The notes: generated by a model from the sequence alone, not told the origin. A stretch of 64,000 bases of DNA from the human T2T-CHM13v2.0 reference genome, Homo sapiens (GCF_009914755.1 NC_060930.1), one strand, 5' to 3'; shown: positions 14,494 through 28,424, numbered from the stretch's first letter. A program made the numbers and translations.

Positions 14494-14681
14494 AAATGAG
14501 GTTTCAAGTTCAATCTCTTTACATGTCTTTTATCTTTGATTGGTTCCATGCTTAAAGACTGATTCCCAAGCACAGGCACCTGTCATTAACGTGGGTAGCA
14601 AAAGTAAGAGAACATAAAAGCATCAGCACAAATCCATTTGCACTCTGGGAAAAATAATTCCAAGTTCATGGACCAGTTGTG
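14494..14681 (+). repeat. Copy 2 of the ~190-bp direct duplication
   Basis: Collinear match to 13099-13290. Confidence 0.85.
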
Positions 14682-14929
14682 TTCTATTAATTTCCAGAGG
14701 ACATCCTGGTGACTAGAACTCTCAGTAGAAATACTACATCTTCATTTCATATTGGGTCACAGGACCCAGAATATCAGTATAAATTTTTATTGTGTTCATC
14801 AATTGTGAAAATACCTCCATATATGTTGTCCTTCAGTTACCATGGACCAAGGAGCTGAGCAGACTCAAATAAATGAAGACAAGAAAATATTTATTTCATA
14901 CCTAGATTGTAGTAGAAATTTCTCTTTGA

Positions 14930-15110
14930 TACTTTCAATATATCATACCCTGTCTTTCATTACAGTTATGTATGTGTCTATTTCGCTCAGCAGTCTGAAT
15001 CCTCCAAGTGCAGAGATTCTAACCTATTCGTCTTTGCATCCCCTGAAATATTTAGCATAGTATTTTTCAAAGCGTTGATTTTCAAGAAATGTTTGCTGAT
15101 AGTGACAGAA
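14930..15110 (+). mobile_element. L2 3' end remnant
   Basis: 'tctttgcatcccctgaaatatttagcatagta...caagaaatgtttgctga'. Confidence 0.5.
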
Positions 15111-15199
15111 TTAAATACACACATTATTTAGTCATCTGTTAAATTTGGCAAAGATGTGCAGATACTGTTTTCTCTCTCTAGAAGAAGTTAATATGACCA

Positions 15200-15332
15200 G
15201 CATGTCCTAAGAACTTTTTATGTGTTACATCATTTAATACTCACAATGATTCTGTGAGATAAGCATTATTATTATCCTAATTTTACCAATATGGAAACTG
15301 AGATATAAGGAGATTAAACGGTTTCCCTAAGA
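15200..15332 (-). mobile_element. MIR
   Basis: 'catcatttaatactcacaa...attattattatcctaattttacc...ggaaactgag'. Confidence 0.75.
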
Positions 15333-16044
15333 GGCTTGACATATTTAATTGCCATCACAAACAACTCTGGAAGTTCATCAGGGCAAGTATCATCTATGTA
15401 TTATTGGAGAAGAAACAAAAGCTCAGAGATGAGATTTCCGCAGGGACACAGAGCTCATAGCTAGAAGGGCTTGCACAAGAATCATACTCTCATGCTTCTG
15501 ATTCAATTGGTTTCTTCATTTGTGATCTGGGGATAATAATACCTACATTGCTCTCTTATGGGAATAATCAAAGTAAAGCACGTTATCACAAAACATATAT
15601 TGAACGAATGTTTTCTTCTCAAGCATTATTATACCATGCTACATTTTTATTACATGATGACTAACATCAACAGCATCTCTCAAAACAAAAGCAATCTTCT
15701 CTCTCAAGATATGGTTTAGAATTCTGTAATAGTTCCACTTGGGTAAAGCTTTATTTTTCTTTATCATGCTATCTATATTTTTCTTTCCCTATCTGATCAA
15801 ACTTAAGTATCAATGGTTCCATTTGATCATTGCTTACATTGAAAATCGAAATCTAAATTGTTAAAAGAGCATTTCTAATTCCTCATACGTGTCTTGCCTT
15901 TAATATGTTCTGAACTTAACATTTATAGTAATTGGTTGTAGTTAATTTTTGCAATACTGTGATGCTTCAGCATCTATTTTGAATACAGGAGGCAGCCTCA
16001 TACTGGAAGCAGAGCTCATACCGGAAGAAATGCTCAGCCACTCT

Positions 16045-16753
16045 TGATGCAGTTTCCAGTTTTACACCACACCTAAGTGATTCAAGCCTGTGACCAGACA
16101 TAAGAACTTAAAAGACATCTCTCCCTAGGAGGCCTTCAGTTTTCCCTCCTCTTTTTTTAAACAGACCATTCAGGCATTTGCCTGTGAACTTACAGTGACT
16201 CACACCCTATTCCTCTTTATATGCTGTTAGTTGCCATGGGCTTCTCTCTCTGTCTGTCTCTCTCTCTGCCTGACTCTTTATTCTTGCCTTGCATGACCTG
16301 GGGACAGAGGACTGCCCTTCTGACTCATTATCTCATTATGCCCTCCATGCTCAGGATCTCTAAGTAAAAATCTTTGAAGTTGTTTCCTATTGTGGTGGTG
16401 TAGTAAATCTGCGCCTTCCATCTGAAGAATGAGGAACTGTTTCAGGCCATTTCCCAACCTGACAACAGGGAGAACAAAAGGCCAGACCCCTAGCACCCAG
16501 AGCCAGGCATAAACTGGACATGGGTCAGACAAGAGCCACAAGGGCATCTGTCAGTATAAAGTTTCCTGTGTAAGGAAGCCCCCATGGTAGTGGTTGGACA
16601 ACTAGCCGTTAGGCCATTTGCCAGGTGAAAAAAGTATCCCAAGAGAGGCATACTGTAAACACCCATGCCCAGCTCCCCTCCATTTTCCATTAGGGGAGGG
16701 TTGCTAGTCTCCCTGGTTCTGGAACCCCAATTTTACTGGGAGCTCTCAAAACA
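16045..16753 (+). mobile_element. ERVL-type solo LTR (MER54/MER73/MER74 group; subfamily uncertain)
   Basis: TG...CA-bounded GC-richer block with 'ataaactggacatgggtcagacaagagccacaaggg' and terminus 'ggaaccccaattttactgggagctctcaaaaca'. Confidence 0.7.
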
Positions 16754-19700
16754 CTAATATACCTTCCATAATTAATTTTGTTGATATAGTACTCAGATAG
16801 TTTGCTTTCATTGTTTTTATACTTGGTCATCAAGTTACTAAACTCTTTAAAACTTTATTTAAACTTTATTCTAGCTTTTTCAGGTTTATCTATGAAATGT
16901 CACCAACCTTCGCTAGAGTGTCATCTTTCAATCTTTGGCAACTACTGGAGACAAATCTTGAAATTCTGATGGACTTAATGGGTTTGTTGAATGTTTTTGA
17001 GATCATTGACCATAAAAAAAGCTCCAGAAATAAGTGCAAATTTTCTCTCAAAAAGGTTAATAGTACGGGCAATAGCATATTTTCTGAGAGTTATTATAAA
17101 GAGAGGATAGTGTCCTATTAATTTCGTTAATGTGTAATTGCTCAAAATTTCCTTGGCTTAATCACTCTAAGACTGCTTCTTTACTTACAAAATAAAGATG
17201 CATGCATTTATTCATTTTTCTTCAATAAATATTTGTAGAGTGTTTTATATATACCAGCCATAACACAATCATTAGATAATAATAATGAATATAACAAAAA
17301 CACTATTAATAGAAATAACAACACTTTATACAGCTTTTTATGGAATTAAATCATATGATTTATGTGGCAGTGCATAGCATAGGTACACCATATAATTTCA
17401 GATTATATTATGTGTACATTTTAATTTGCTATTAAAGGGATTTCACTCAGAGCCATTTACAATTTAAGTGAATTCTTGCCTTAGGCTTTAATTTTTTTCA
17501 GACAGGCATGGTAATTATACATACCTATGCTTCTTGAAATACAAGATACCTGTAGGTTTTAATTCAATGCATTAACTCAGTGCTTCATGCATCTTCAAAA
17601 CCTGCACCATATCAGGACCAACAGTAAATGAGCATGTTGTCAAATGCACATGCAAATCTAACTGAAAGAACAGAAAAAAAAAACACTTTAGAAGTTTTAA
17701 TTTTATTTCTTTAACTTGCTGTTCTTATTTAGTAGATCTTCAATTGTATAACTTTTACTTTAAGTGCTCCTGTAACTTTGGAGATTTATATTTCCATTGT
17801 TAACTACTCAGATTCCTTATCATTTAGCACATCTTTTAATTTTTTCAAATTACTAAAATACTTTCACTCCTTTGAAGATTTATACAAATATTATGTATCT
17901 TATGATCTTTGGGATAATCTGTATAAGGAGTATAGTCAAAAATTTCAAATGATTTTTGGGCTGGGATCTTAAGCATAAAATATTGGACAGATATTGGCTA
18001 TTCAACATCATTTGTTAGTGGTTGCTAGTTTTATGTTATTATGTACTTCAGTGTGAAAGCTTGGTTAATTTTTTTTTCCTGATTTGTGTTGAAGGTACAA
18101 ATAAATTACAAGGCAAATGTGGTATTTTATTAATAAAATGGAATTATTACTCAACCTTCAAAAAATGAGATTTATCCTTGTGCCATAACATGGAAAAGTG
18201 GCCATTATAGATTGTGAAGTGAAAATAATAAATTTTGGAATACTATATACAGTATTTTCCAATTTGTTTAAAATTAGGCATTAAAAATATGTGGAAGTAC
18301 ATATAAAACTTGTTTCTCTCTATAGAGAGAACTGAATCTGCAGTCTATGCAGGAGGCTTACTTCTGTGATTTTATTTTTTACCTTGTGTAGGCATATCTT
18401 TGTAAATTATAAGAAACTTAAAAAACATAACATGAAGCTTATAAAAAGTAAGAACCACAATAAAATATATTGTATACTTCATTAATTGATTCTTCCTTTT
18501 TTTTTTTTTTTACTTATGACTTTAGAACTAATAGATCCAATAGATTTTTGGCTCTTGGAGGTTACCTAGTCCAATTTCCAATGGCTCCCACTGAAATTGA
18601 GGTTGAGTGAGCAGCCTAAAATTATTCAGGTTAATGGCTGAGTAAGGACTGGAACCTTGGTTAGGTAGAACTTAAAATTTCAGGGTGCATGGTCCCCTAC
18701 TGTCTCTCTTCCTTCTTTGAACTTCAGTTTTGATGTCTAGCTAATGTCTATTTAAGGAGATATTATGTCTAGTCATATGTTTCAGTAGAGCTCCTTTTGT
18801 AAATAAAGAAGAAAATACAACCCAGAAGACACTGCTGTACCTGCACAAAGGATGAAGAGCTGAAGAGCTTGTAGATATTGAAAGAAAGAAGTTACTTTGG
18901 AAGTTACATGGTCATTTGAGAAATTTGGAAGGTCAAGTGATGTGATATGTGATGTATGTGATATAAAATAAAAATTTACATATGAAAGTAGGGCCTAGAG
19001 AACTGTGCCAGATTCCGATTAATCGGTAAAAGTTGAGAGTGGCCTTAGCAGCTGACACTTCTGTTGGCCAACATTGTCATCATGATCGGTTGAGCTCAGT
19101 ATCTTTCTTTTCCAGTTTTACCAAATTCCTATGGTCATATGAGTGCTATTTTTAGTCTGATGTTTAAAAACACACTGATGGCACATCTTCTTTCAAAATC
19201 TCTTGCCCTGAAAACTAAGAGAGAAAAGATTCATTCCTAGTGCACCTGGCCATTCTTTATCAAAAAAAAATCATCCAGAAATAAATAAATTAGCTCTAAA
19301 ATATAAAATTATAACCTTACACATAGATGTCATATTGTTTTAGTCTTCCTGATACCAGCAACAAGTTGAACAAATGCTTTAATTCTCATATGGTTTATTT
19401 TGGTACTATAAAAACTACAGAAACACAAGCGTGTGTATTCACTCACACACACAAACACACAAACATTGCACTATATAGAGACCATTGAGATTAAAAACAC
19501 TTTGTGATTGAGTTGAAACAGTCAGAAAGACATCAGCAACAGAGGGGTCCCATCCTGTCTACTCTATCTTGGCTCTGAAGCTCCAGATATGACTGCATAG
19601 CAGCTTTCCCCACGTCATTGCTGAAGTCACAGATTTGAGTTTCAATCTTCAAAAATGAAACAATTTCACTCAAAGAAAGGATTTCTCATGAATCACCATT

Positions 19701-20224
19701 GCTGAATAAGATTTTGCCTTAAACTGTATTTACAATTATATTAAATTTGTAGAGACATACCAAACCTAATAAACTCCTATGGTTATACTTTCATATAACT
19801 ATAAAACTAAAGAAATTTGAAAATCATAAGTAAAGAATCCTAATATGAGTACCAAACCAATAAACACTAACGCTTCATTTTAAGGTGACTGAAGCCTAAA
19901 GATGTCACTTTGTTGAAAATATTGCTGTGGTTGTAGAAGTGCATGGTGCAGATTGTCAGTGTTAAATTCAATTTAATCATGTTCTCCCACCTTGTGCTAT
20001 GACATCAAATGGTGCAAATGCTAATTTTTGCATTGATGCACCTATTTTATCACTGGCCTTCAACCCAAGTAGTGCTTCTTGCTGCCACTTGGACTGTGAA
20101 CACAAACACTAATGAGGGCACATGTATTATTTGGTAGCAGATTCCAGATGACTAAATGTGCTTATTTTAATTCTTTCAGGCTCTAATAGAAGTGAAAGAC
20201 CCAAATTAGAGAAAAATAAGCTCG

Positions 20225-20661
20225 TTTATGTCTTTAATCTATCTTGAGTTAATTTTTGCACATGGTAAGAGGTAAGGGTCAGTTTCCTTCTTCTGCATAT
20301 GCTTAGCCAGTTTTCCCTGCACCATTTATTGCACAGAAAATCATTTCCTTGTTGTGCAGTTGTGCCAGTAATTAATTGATTGTAGGTGTGCAGCTTTATT
20401 TCAGTGGCCTCTATTCTATTCCATTGGCTATGTGTCTATTTTTGAATGAGTATGATGTTGTTTTGGTTACTGTAGCCTTGCAGTATAGTTTGAAGTCAAG
20501 TAATATGATACCTCTGGCATTATTCTTTTTACTTAGGATTCCCTTGGCTATTCTAGCTTCTTTTTAGTTCATATGAATCTTGGAATAGTTTTTTTTTCTA
20601 ATTCTGTGAAAAATGAAGTTGGTAATTTGACAGGAATAATGTTGAGGCTGTAGTTTGCTTT
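20225..20661 (-). mobile_element. Inverted 5' segment of an L1 (ORF2)
   Basis: Antisense ORF2 'tctttaatctatcttgagttaattttt...gtagccttgcagtatagtttgaagtc'. Confidence 0.9.
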
Positions 20662-21536
20662 AAGAAAACCTAGGAAATATTCTTCTTCATAAACTGTTGG
20701 CCTAGGCAAACAGTTTATGATGATGACCCCCAAAACAAATACAACAAAATAAAAAATAGAGTAATGGGACTTAAACTAAGGAGCTACTGCACAGCAAAAG
20801 AAACTATCAACAGAGTAAACAGACAACTTACAGAATGGGAGAAAATATTTGCAAACTATGGATCTGACAAAGGACTGAAAGTCAGAAAATAACAGGTGGT
20901 GAGGTTGTGGAGAAAAGGGAATGCTTACACACTGTTGGTGAGAATGGAAATTGGTTTAGCCCCTGTGGAAAGCAGTTTGGAGATTTCTCAAAGAACTAAA
21001 AACAGAATTACCATTTGACTCAACAACACCATTACTGGGTATGTGCCCAAAGGAAAATAAATTATTCTACCAAAAGACACCTGCAGTCATAGGTTCATTG
21101 CAGCACTATTTGCAATAGAAAAGACAGAATCAACCCAGGTGACCATCAGCTGTAGATTGGATAAAGAAAATGTGGTACATATACACCTTGGAAGAATATG
21201 TAGCCATAAAAAACAATGGAATCATGTCCTATGTAGCAACATGGATGCAGCTGGAAGCCATTATCCTAAGTATAATACATTAGCACAGAAACAGAAAACT
21301 AAATATTCCATGTTTTTACTTATAAGTAAGAGCTAAATGCAGACACAAAGATAGGAACGATGGACACTAGGGACTCCAAGAGAAGGGAAGGAAGTAAAGG
21401 GTTGGAAAACTACCAATCAGGTACTATGTTCACTATTTAGACAGTGGAATCATTAGAAGCCCACAACTCGGCATCACGCAATATACCCATATAACAAACC
21501 TGCACATGTACCCCCCGAATCTAAAATAAAAATATA
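20662..21536 (+). mobile_element. Sense 3' segment of the same L1 (late L1PA / L1PB type), internal deletion near 20880
   Basis: 'aagaaaacctagg...ctgcacagcaaaagaaactatcaacagagtaaacagacaac...aacctgcacatgtaccccc...ctaaaataaaaa'. Confidence 0.9.
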
Positions 21537-22387
21537 ATAGAGTAACCTCAAGATTTTGACTGTATTTGATAATTTTTCTCTAGACAAATAAATGATACAA
21601 TGATCAATAGAAAATTATAGCATTTTTATGTTTTTATGCATCATTCATGTCTTAACCACTTTCAGTTAGCTGTTAAATTAATGCAAATATGAGCTTGATT
21701 TCACAACTTGTCAGAAAAGTTTTTAGCAGTTTTATATTGGATATTGAGAATTTGTCATTAACATGTTCTCCTAAACTCCATCTTCTTCCATCAATGCATA
21801 TAATATATAGAATATAGTCCAGTCACTAATAATAGGACAGCAGTAGTAATTAAATATTTCAAGGTCTAGATTGTTTATGAGTTTAAATTGAAATAAAAAT
21901 TGGTATACTACCCAATGTCCTCTTTGTCTACCATTTTATATGTTTGCAGCTTGGTATCATAATGATACGAGCTACATTTGATTATTTCTAACCTTCCCTA
22001 TTACTCTGAATATTTCAAGTTTGTATTATGAACAGAAACCCATTTGAGTCACTAATTTATTAACTAAATATAACTTGAATCAGTAATTTATTATCTAAAT
22101 ATATTAATTCCAGTTTTACCTTTACTCATATCATCACAATAACCTCTTAGTGGCTGCTTACTAATTTTTTAAAATATTATCTTATCATCTGAACAGCCAA
22201 GTGCTTAGAAATATACAGATGGACCTGATATTAAAGATGATATATACCTACCCTTTATGGTTTTGTGCATGGCAATGGAAATTATCTTCTACTTTTGGTC
22301 TTATTATTTTGATAAATAATAACATTATTTTTATTTCACATTAAGCAGTGTTACAACTATACACCTGCAGTCTGTGGCATAATACAG

Positions 22388-22513
22388 TTGCCTGCCTGCC
22401 TTCCTTCCTTCCTTCCTTCCTTCATTCCTTCCTTCCTTCCTTCCTTCCTTCCTTCCTTCCCTCCCTCCCTCCTTTCTTTCTCTCTCTCTCTCTTTCTTTT
22501 CTTTCTTTCTTTT

Positions 22514-22553
<40 letters not shown>

Positions 22554-22734
22554 TCCTTCCTTCCTTCCTTCTTTCTTTCCTTCCTTTCTTCCTTCCTTCC
22601 TTCTTTCTCTCTTTCTCTTTCTTTCTTTCTCTCTCTCTTTCTTTCTCTCTCTCTCTTTCTTTTCTTTTCTTTTCTTTTCTTTTCTTTTCTTTTCTTTTCT
22701 TTTCTTTTCTTTTCTTTTCTTTTCTTTTCTTTCC
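22388..22734. repeat. Compound polypyrimidine microsatellite (CCTT)n/(CTTT)n/(CT)n/(CTTTT)n, an expanded Alu tail
   Basis: About 340 bp of almost pure C/T abutting the 3' end of the antisense Alu. Confidence 0.97.
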
Positions 22735-23019
<285 letters not shown>

Positions 23020-25449
23020 ATTTGCATTTATTTCTGTAGCCAGGTAACATAGTTGAGTAAGTCAGTTAATATGAATAAAATAAACAATAAATATATAGGT
23101 TTTTCCTAAAATCTTAGTCAAGCCCAGTTTCATAGGTCATCCAGGGCACCTGACATGGGTCAAACTAATTTGTTAACTCTGGAAAATAAGTTATCATGAT
23201 GAGCTCACTCTGTATAGGTAAAATATTTTTAGGAAAGATCACTTGAAGATCACTCGTAGGTACTCAAGCCTGCAAAATTGTACTTTTATAGAGGCAAACC
23301 ATGGACAGTACTTTCCCTCTTTAATGGAGTCTCCTATCTTGGTAATCAATAAATGTATAAGATAATTATTAAAATAAGATTCTTGATTTTTTGTAATGTA
23401 AGTTCTTGATAAGATCCAAAATACCATGATTTTCCACTTTTAAAAGCAACTACCAGATTTAGAGGCATTCTTTTTTTTTCTTTAATTTCCTGTGCTATTA
23501 TTTTCCCACCCTGAATTCTGTTTTGAAGCTCTTAGCAGCTTTTTTCCGAGTGAGAGTTTTTCACGCCCAACAGGAAACAACCACCACCAAATAAGGATAT
23601 ATTGTCATTTCAGTTACTTGATTCCATGTCCAGCATCTCGGGTCACCTGGGGAGAGACCTCTGGTAACCTCACATTTTGCAAAATGAACATTAGGGTGAA
23701 TTTGCGATATATTTTTGTGTTTTATTAATTATATTCTTGTTTCCCCCACAATTTTGTCTTCTATTTTTGTCACGGTATCTCTCAAGTCTTCCTGTTGTAT
23801 TTCTACAAGATAGCTCTTGCTCTTAATTGCACAGTCCCAGCGTGTGTGTTTGTCTGTGTCTGTTTGCATTCTTACATGCCTGCACTTTTACAAAGAGTGA
23901 GTTTTTGCCTGTCAAAGGGCTCTATGTTAACAGCTCCTTCTTGAGCCAAAGGAAAATTAGAGTTGGATTTAAGGCCTTATAATCAGAGGAGAGCCTGTGC
24001 ACTTCTCCAGCTGACTTGGGTTCTATCGACTTGACCTTTGTAGGAGAAAGTTCCTGGGAAAAAAAATGAGATGCTGCTCTGTCTTTCACTCTCAAGTAAT
24101 TGAAAGCCCCAAATGGGAATAAGGAGCTGGAGAGATATAAGGCATACATTCCCTGGACATCTAAGTGCACAATTTTCTTGTCATCACAATATATCACTGT
24201 GTACATTATGCTGACAAACTCCACATTTCTTGGTCTCTCTTCAACCTTTTTGATTGGCTATCAATAAGCAAAGGGAATGAGAAAGGCTCCCTTGAATTTC
24301 CGTAGCTACAGCCAACCCTCTATTTAGATCTGGCATTGTCTTTGAAAACAAAGTGATGAATTCAAGCATTACAGTGTCTTGCATCTCAAACATTCCGGTA
24401 AGTTTCCTTCTTTGCTCTGTTCAAAGCACCCATATTTTGTGTCTATTGTTGTGCTACATTAAGGAGTCTCAGTGTATTTTCTCTCTGCATTTCCTTCACT
24501 TGTCCGTGCCAACCTTTCTTCTGCTTCATCTTCTTTTGTTAAGCTTTGTTTTATTTCTGAGATTGAATTCTCAACCTTGTAAAGAGGAGGTGGCCTCACA
24601 CTTATTTTTCTTTATTTTCTCTTGAGAGTGGCCACAGCAGGGCATTTTTGCTGTACTACACTTGGCAACTGAGTTCTGTGTGGCAGATGAGTTGTTTTCT
24701 AATTGCATTGTATCTAGTAGCTATCTAGTTTTGTCTTCAGTAGGAGAACTCAAAAACTATGGTTTTGAAAGTTAATTCAGGGCTATTTATTTTGAGTTAT
24801 GTTGCCTTTTGCTGTGATATATCTTGGAGACTGACGTTTTACTAAAATGTAGATTAAGTTCACACAACACATTTTATTATGTCTCTATATACAGCTAGCA
24901 TTAAAGACCTGAAGCATAAGCATATGACCCAAACCCTTGCCTACAAGGGATCTTGCAATCTAGTTGGGTGAATAAATATAAGGATTTTTTAAAATCTAAA
25001 AATACCAGTGAGGCTCTATTTTTAAAAAGGCATGATACAGGAGTGACCTCACATGTGCTAAATGCATTGTGTAAGATTAGCTCTGCCCTCATGTGATAAG
25101 TGAGACTATAGTTATGCAATTTTGATCTTATGAAACTATAATGATTATAAATTTCAGATGGCCTGTAGGAGGAGAAAAGGAGATAATTATAAGTTCATAA
25201 TCAGAAAAAGCTTGGGACTAGAACTGGTCCTAGGAACTAAAGTGACTATGAAGCTGAAAAGCAGGAGAGACAAAAATAGAGATGAGAGGGTGGAGTGCGG
25301 GTGGAGGTTCTACAAGAGAAGATTAGATAGTATATCCTGGATGGCACTCATGACCCTGGGAATAGATCCAAATCAAGTTCATCTCACCTTTAAGGGCAGC
25401 TTGCTCCGTCTATCATAAGTGCGGGAGTGGAAGGAGCATACACCAAATT

Positions 25450-25612
25450 GGCTTTAGAGACCTGAGTTTGTATCATGGCTTAGCTACTTCTTAGCTATGT
25501 GACCATGACCTGTGTTTTCTCAGCTGTGAAACTGGAGAAATAACTACTTTGCAGTAAAGTCATAAAGATTAGAGCTCCTGATAGGATGCCAGGCACACAG
25601 AGGAGGCTAAGT
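25450..25612 (+). mobile_element. MIR remnant
   Basis: 'agacctgagtttg...tagctatgtgacc...ttttctcagctgtgaaactggaga...tgccaggcacac'. Confidence 0.65.
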
Positions 25613-26256
25613 GGTGGCTATAATGCATGCTGTAGCTCAGGTAAGGGAACTGGGTCATGTGTGTTGTAGAGCCTATTCTTAAAGCCAATCTTTCGCTAAG
25701 GGTTTGTGTTTTAGTATTTTGCATTTTAAGATTTTTGATTTTTCATATGTTGACCTTCTTTTCTATTGCCATTACTTTCTAAATGATGTTACAATTTAAA
25801 AAGTGGGGAAAATGTTCTTAGCTGAACTAAAGAGAAAAATAATTTGTCGTCAGAACAAGAGAGTGAGGCCATTTTAGAGGTCAGGTGTAGGGGGCAGGGG
25901 TGTGGCATCAGCTATCTGGATAAAAATGAGGAATTAAGAGAATAGCAGATAACACTAGTACACAGAGTAGTAAAGTAAGATTGGTGATGATTTTCAATCC
26001 ACCTCTACTTGGGCTATTTATTCCCTTCGTCTTAATTTTTTCTTTCTGTCTGATGTTCTTTGGAAAAAATCAGAGTGTGGCAAGTTGGTCTTGCTCGTAG
26101 GGGTGCTAGAAGAAGTTACACTTACCCAATGCATTGGATATTAGATATACCCAAGATAACTGTCAGGTCAAGTGGTGTGAAGACAGGGAAGATTTTGGAG
26201 CCAGTAATCGGGAATATAATGGGGGAAGGAAGAGAAGCCAGAAAACAAAGACTAAA

Positions 26257-26450
26257 GTAGTGGTTCTTAACTCTGGCTGTATATTACAGCACATATGGTC
26301 CTTTGGAAAAACACGGAAGCTGGTGCCCCACATTCAGAGATTCAGATATAATCAGAGATTCAGATATAATAGGTCTGGATGAAGCTTGGGCATTGCTATT
26401 TCTCCAAATCTTTCTAGATTATTCCAAAGCACAGGCAAGACTAAAAATTA
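26257..26450. mobile_element. MER5-type hAT-Charlie MITE with an internal 18-bp tandem duplication
   Basis: 'agtggttcttaactctggctgtatatta...ccccac...cagagattcagat...ggtctgg'. tcagagattcagatataa occurs twice at about 26334-26369. Confidence 0.7.
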
Positions 26451-26549
26451 ATGTAAACTAAGAGTAAGGGTCCCTAGTAGATCTTTTTCATATATGATGC
26501 GAAGCCCAGGTTCATAAAATTAAGGGAATAAAAGCAAGTCCTTAACGTA

Positions 26550-26594
26550 CACACACACACATACACACACACACTCACACACACAGACACACAC
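26550..26594. repeat. Imperfect (CA)n
   Basis: Read directly. Confidence 0.9.
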
Positions 26595-28424
26595 TTCAAG
26601 TAAAAACTAATCCTGATGCTGTTCCAGATCTTTGTAGGATGATGTGTGGATAGGCAAACTAAGAAGTAGACTTCTTTTTTCCCAAAGAAATAAGAAAATA
26701 TACACTGGAGCTTTTTAATCTGGTTAAATTATTAAGTTGAAATCTTATAACTGGTAGGGAGTTACATGTAATTATACTCTATTTTGCAAAAAAAGTAGCT
26801 ATTTCTTCAGTCTCCATAAAAATGGACTATTGGTAGGAAGATAAAGCAAAGAATAAGGCAAAAAGTTTCTGGGACTTAGCACTCAGAAGACTGAATTAGA
26901 GAGAGACCAGGAGTCTGGGAAAGTGGGTTACATTCAACTGGGCAGACGTGGAAGAGAGTGCGAAAGGCATCCTCACCCAGCTGAATACACAGTGTATCAC
27001 AGTGTTGCTTCTAAAACCGGGGAATCAGGGAGTTGACCAGGAACAAAGCAGGGCCATCATGACTGAAGGAAGAAAAACAAATGGAAAGCTAAACTATGTA
27101 AGCATCCAGGGAGTCTGTGAGATTAAGCAGTAAGTGCTTAGAAATGTAGCAGCAATAGTAAGTAATAATGCTATAGAAAGTATCATTATAGTTATTTAGA
27201 TGCAAGCAGTTAAGTGAAATTAGGATGTCAGTTCTCAGCTGTCAGAACAGAGATTACAGGAAGATTCTGATGAGCCTGCACATTAAATAGTTAAAAATGC
27301 TTCAAGAAATGTAACAAAGAGGCAGTTTCAAAATATTGTAGATACCAGAGAGTAAACAGTCAATGATGGTGTGATCCAAACAGAAAAAAAAGAGGCAGCT
27401 TAAATTCAGAGTTAAAGAGCGACAGCTCAAATAGGGCCAGACTCTGTTAAAAAAAAAAATGAAAAAAGAATTGACATTTGTATTTCAAATAGTAGAAATG
27501 TATAGACTCCTATAGTAATATATTAGATACTTATGAAATGATTATAGCACTTTTGCCACTGCTTGTTTTGATTATTCATTCATTTTGAGCACCTACTATG
27601 TTCAAGGCACTGATTTATCCCTATTCTAGGCTTTGGAACTTCCCATCCTCCTTTTTTAAAATTAGAAGCAATATATTGACTTGAATATTCAGATTATCTA
27701 CTCTTTTATTTTTTCAATCCAATCATTATCTATGATCTGTTAGTTTTTAATGAATGTCAAAGTATATATGTTGGTGTAGAGTAGTCTGTGTGTCAGGTGA
27801 TCCTCCTCCCTTAGTCTTTATGCAGGTCTAGGAGTATGATATGCATTCTCCTACCAGCTATAGTTGTCTCTGAGTTTTATTTTGGCCTTTGGTAATCTTG
27901 CATATTTAGCATTTGTACTGATACCTCTACATCTCTGCCCATCTCCACCCTGCCACCCCAGTGTCTGCATGGTTTACTTCTGGTCTGAATTATGCATTGT
28001 GCATTTACCTTTCCCTTATTGTAGTTTTCTTAGCTTTGACAGATCATCTCCTACTGACCCCAATTTAAAGTCATATTACTAGTTAACTCTGGTAGAATTT
28101 AATGTTCTGTGTCTGACTGAGGCAATATCTTTATTATAAAGCTGCTGATGGCATAACTTTACAGATCTTCAGGTGGGTCCTTGGAACTACTTCAGCACAA
28201 CTCATGACCCAAAGGAGTTAATATTGTGTGTGTGTGTGTGTTTTAATGCCATTGCCATAAGATGTACTTCAGCAATCGTGTTCCATGTTTTTAACTGTCT
28301 CCTTAAATCTTACTAAACAATGATGATTCTCAACTCGTAATGTTTATCTCAGAAGAAATGGCCTTTCTATAATATGGAATTCTTTGATAGAATAATGGGG
28401 ACTAATGATCACAATAAATAGAAA

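Noticed and set aside
16884-17055. Possible + strand coding exon (acceptor ttttcag, one open frame)
   Set aside because: Weak donor (AAG|GTTAAT), unrecognisable peptide and no compatible neighbouring exons.
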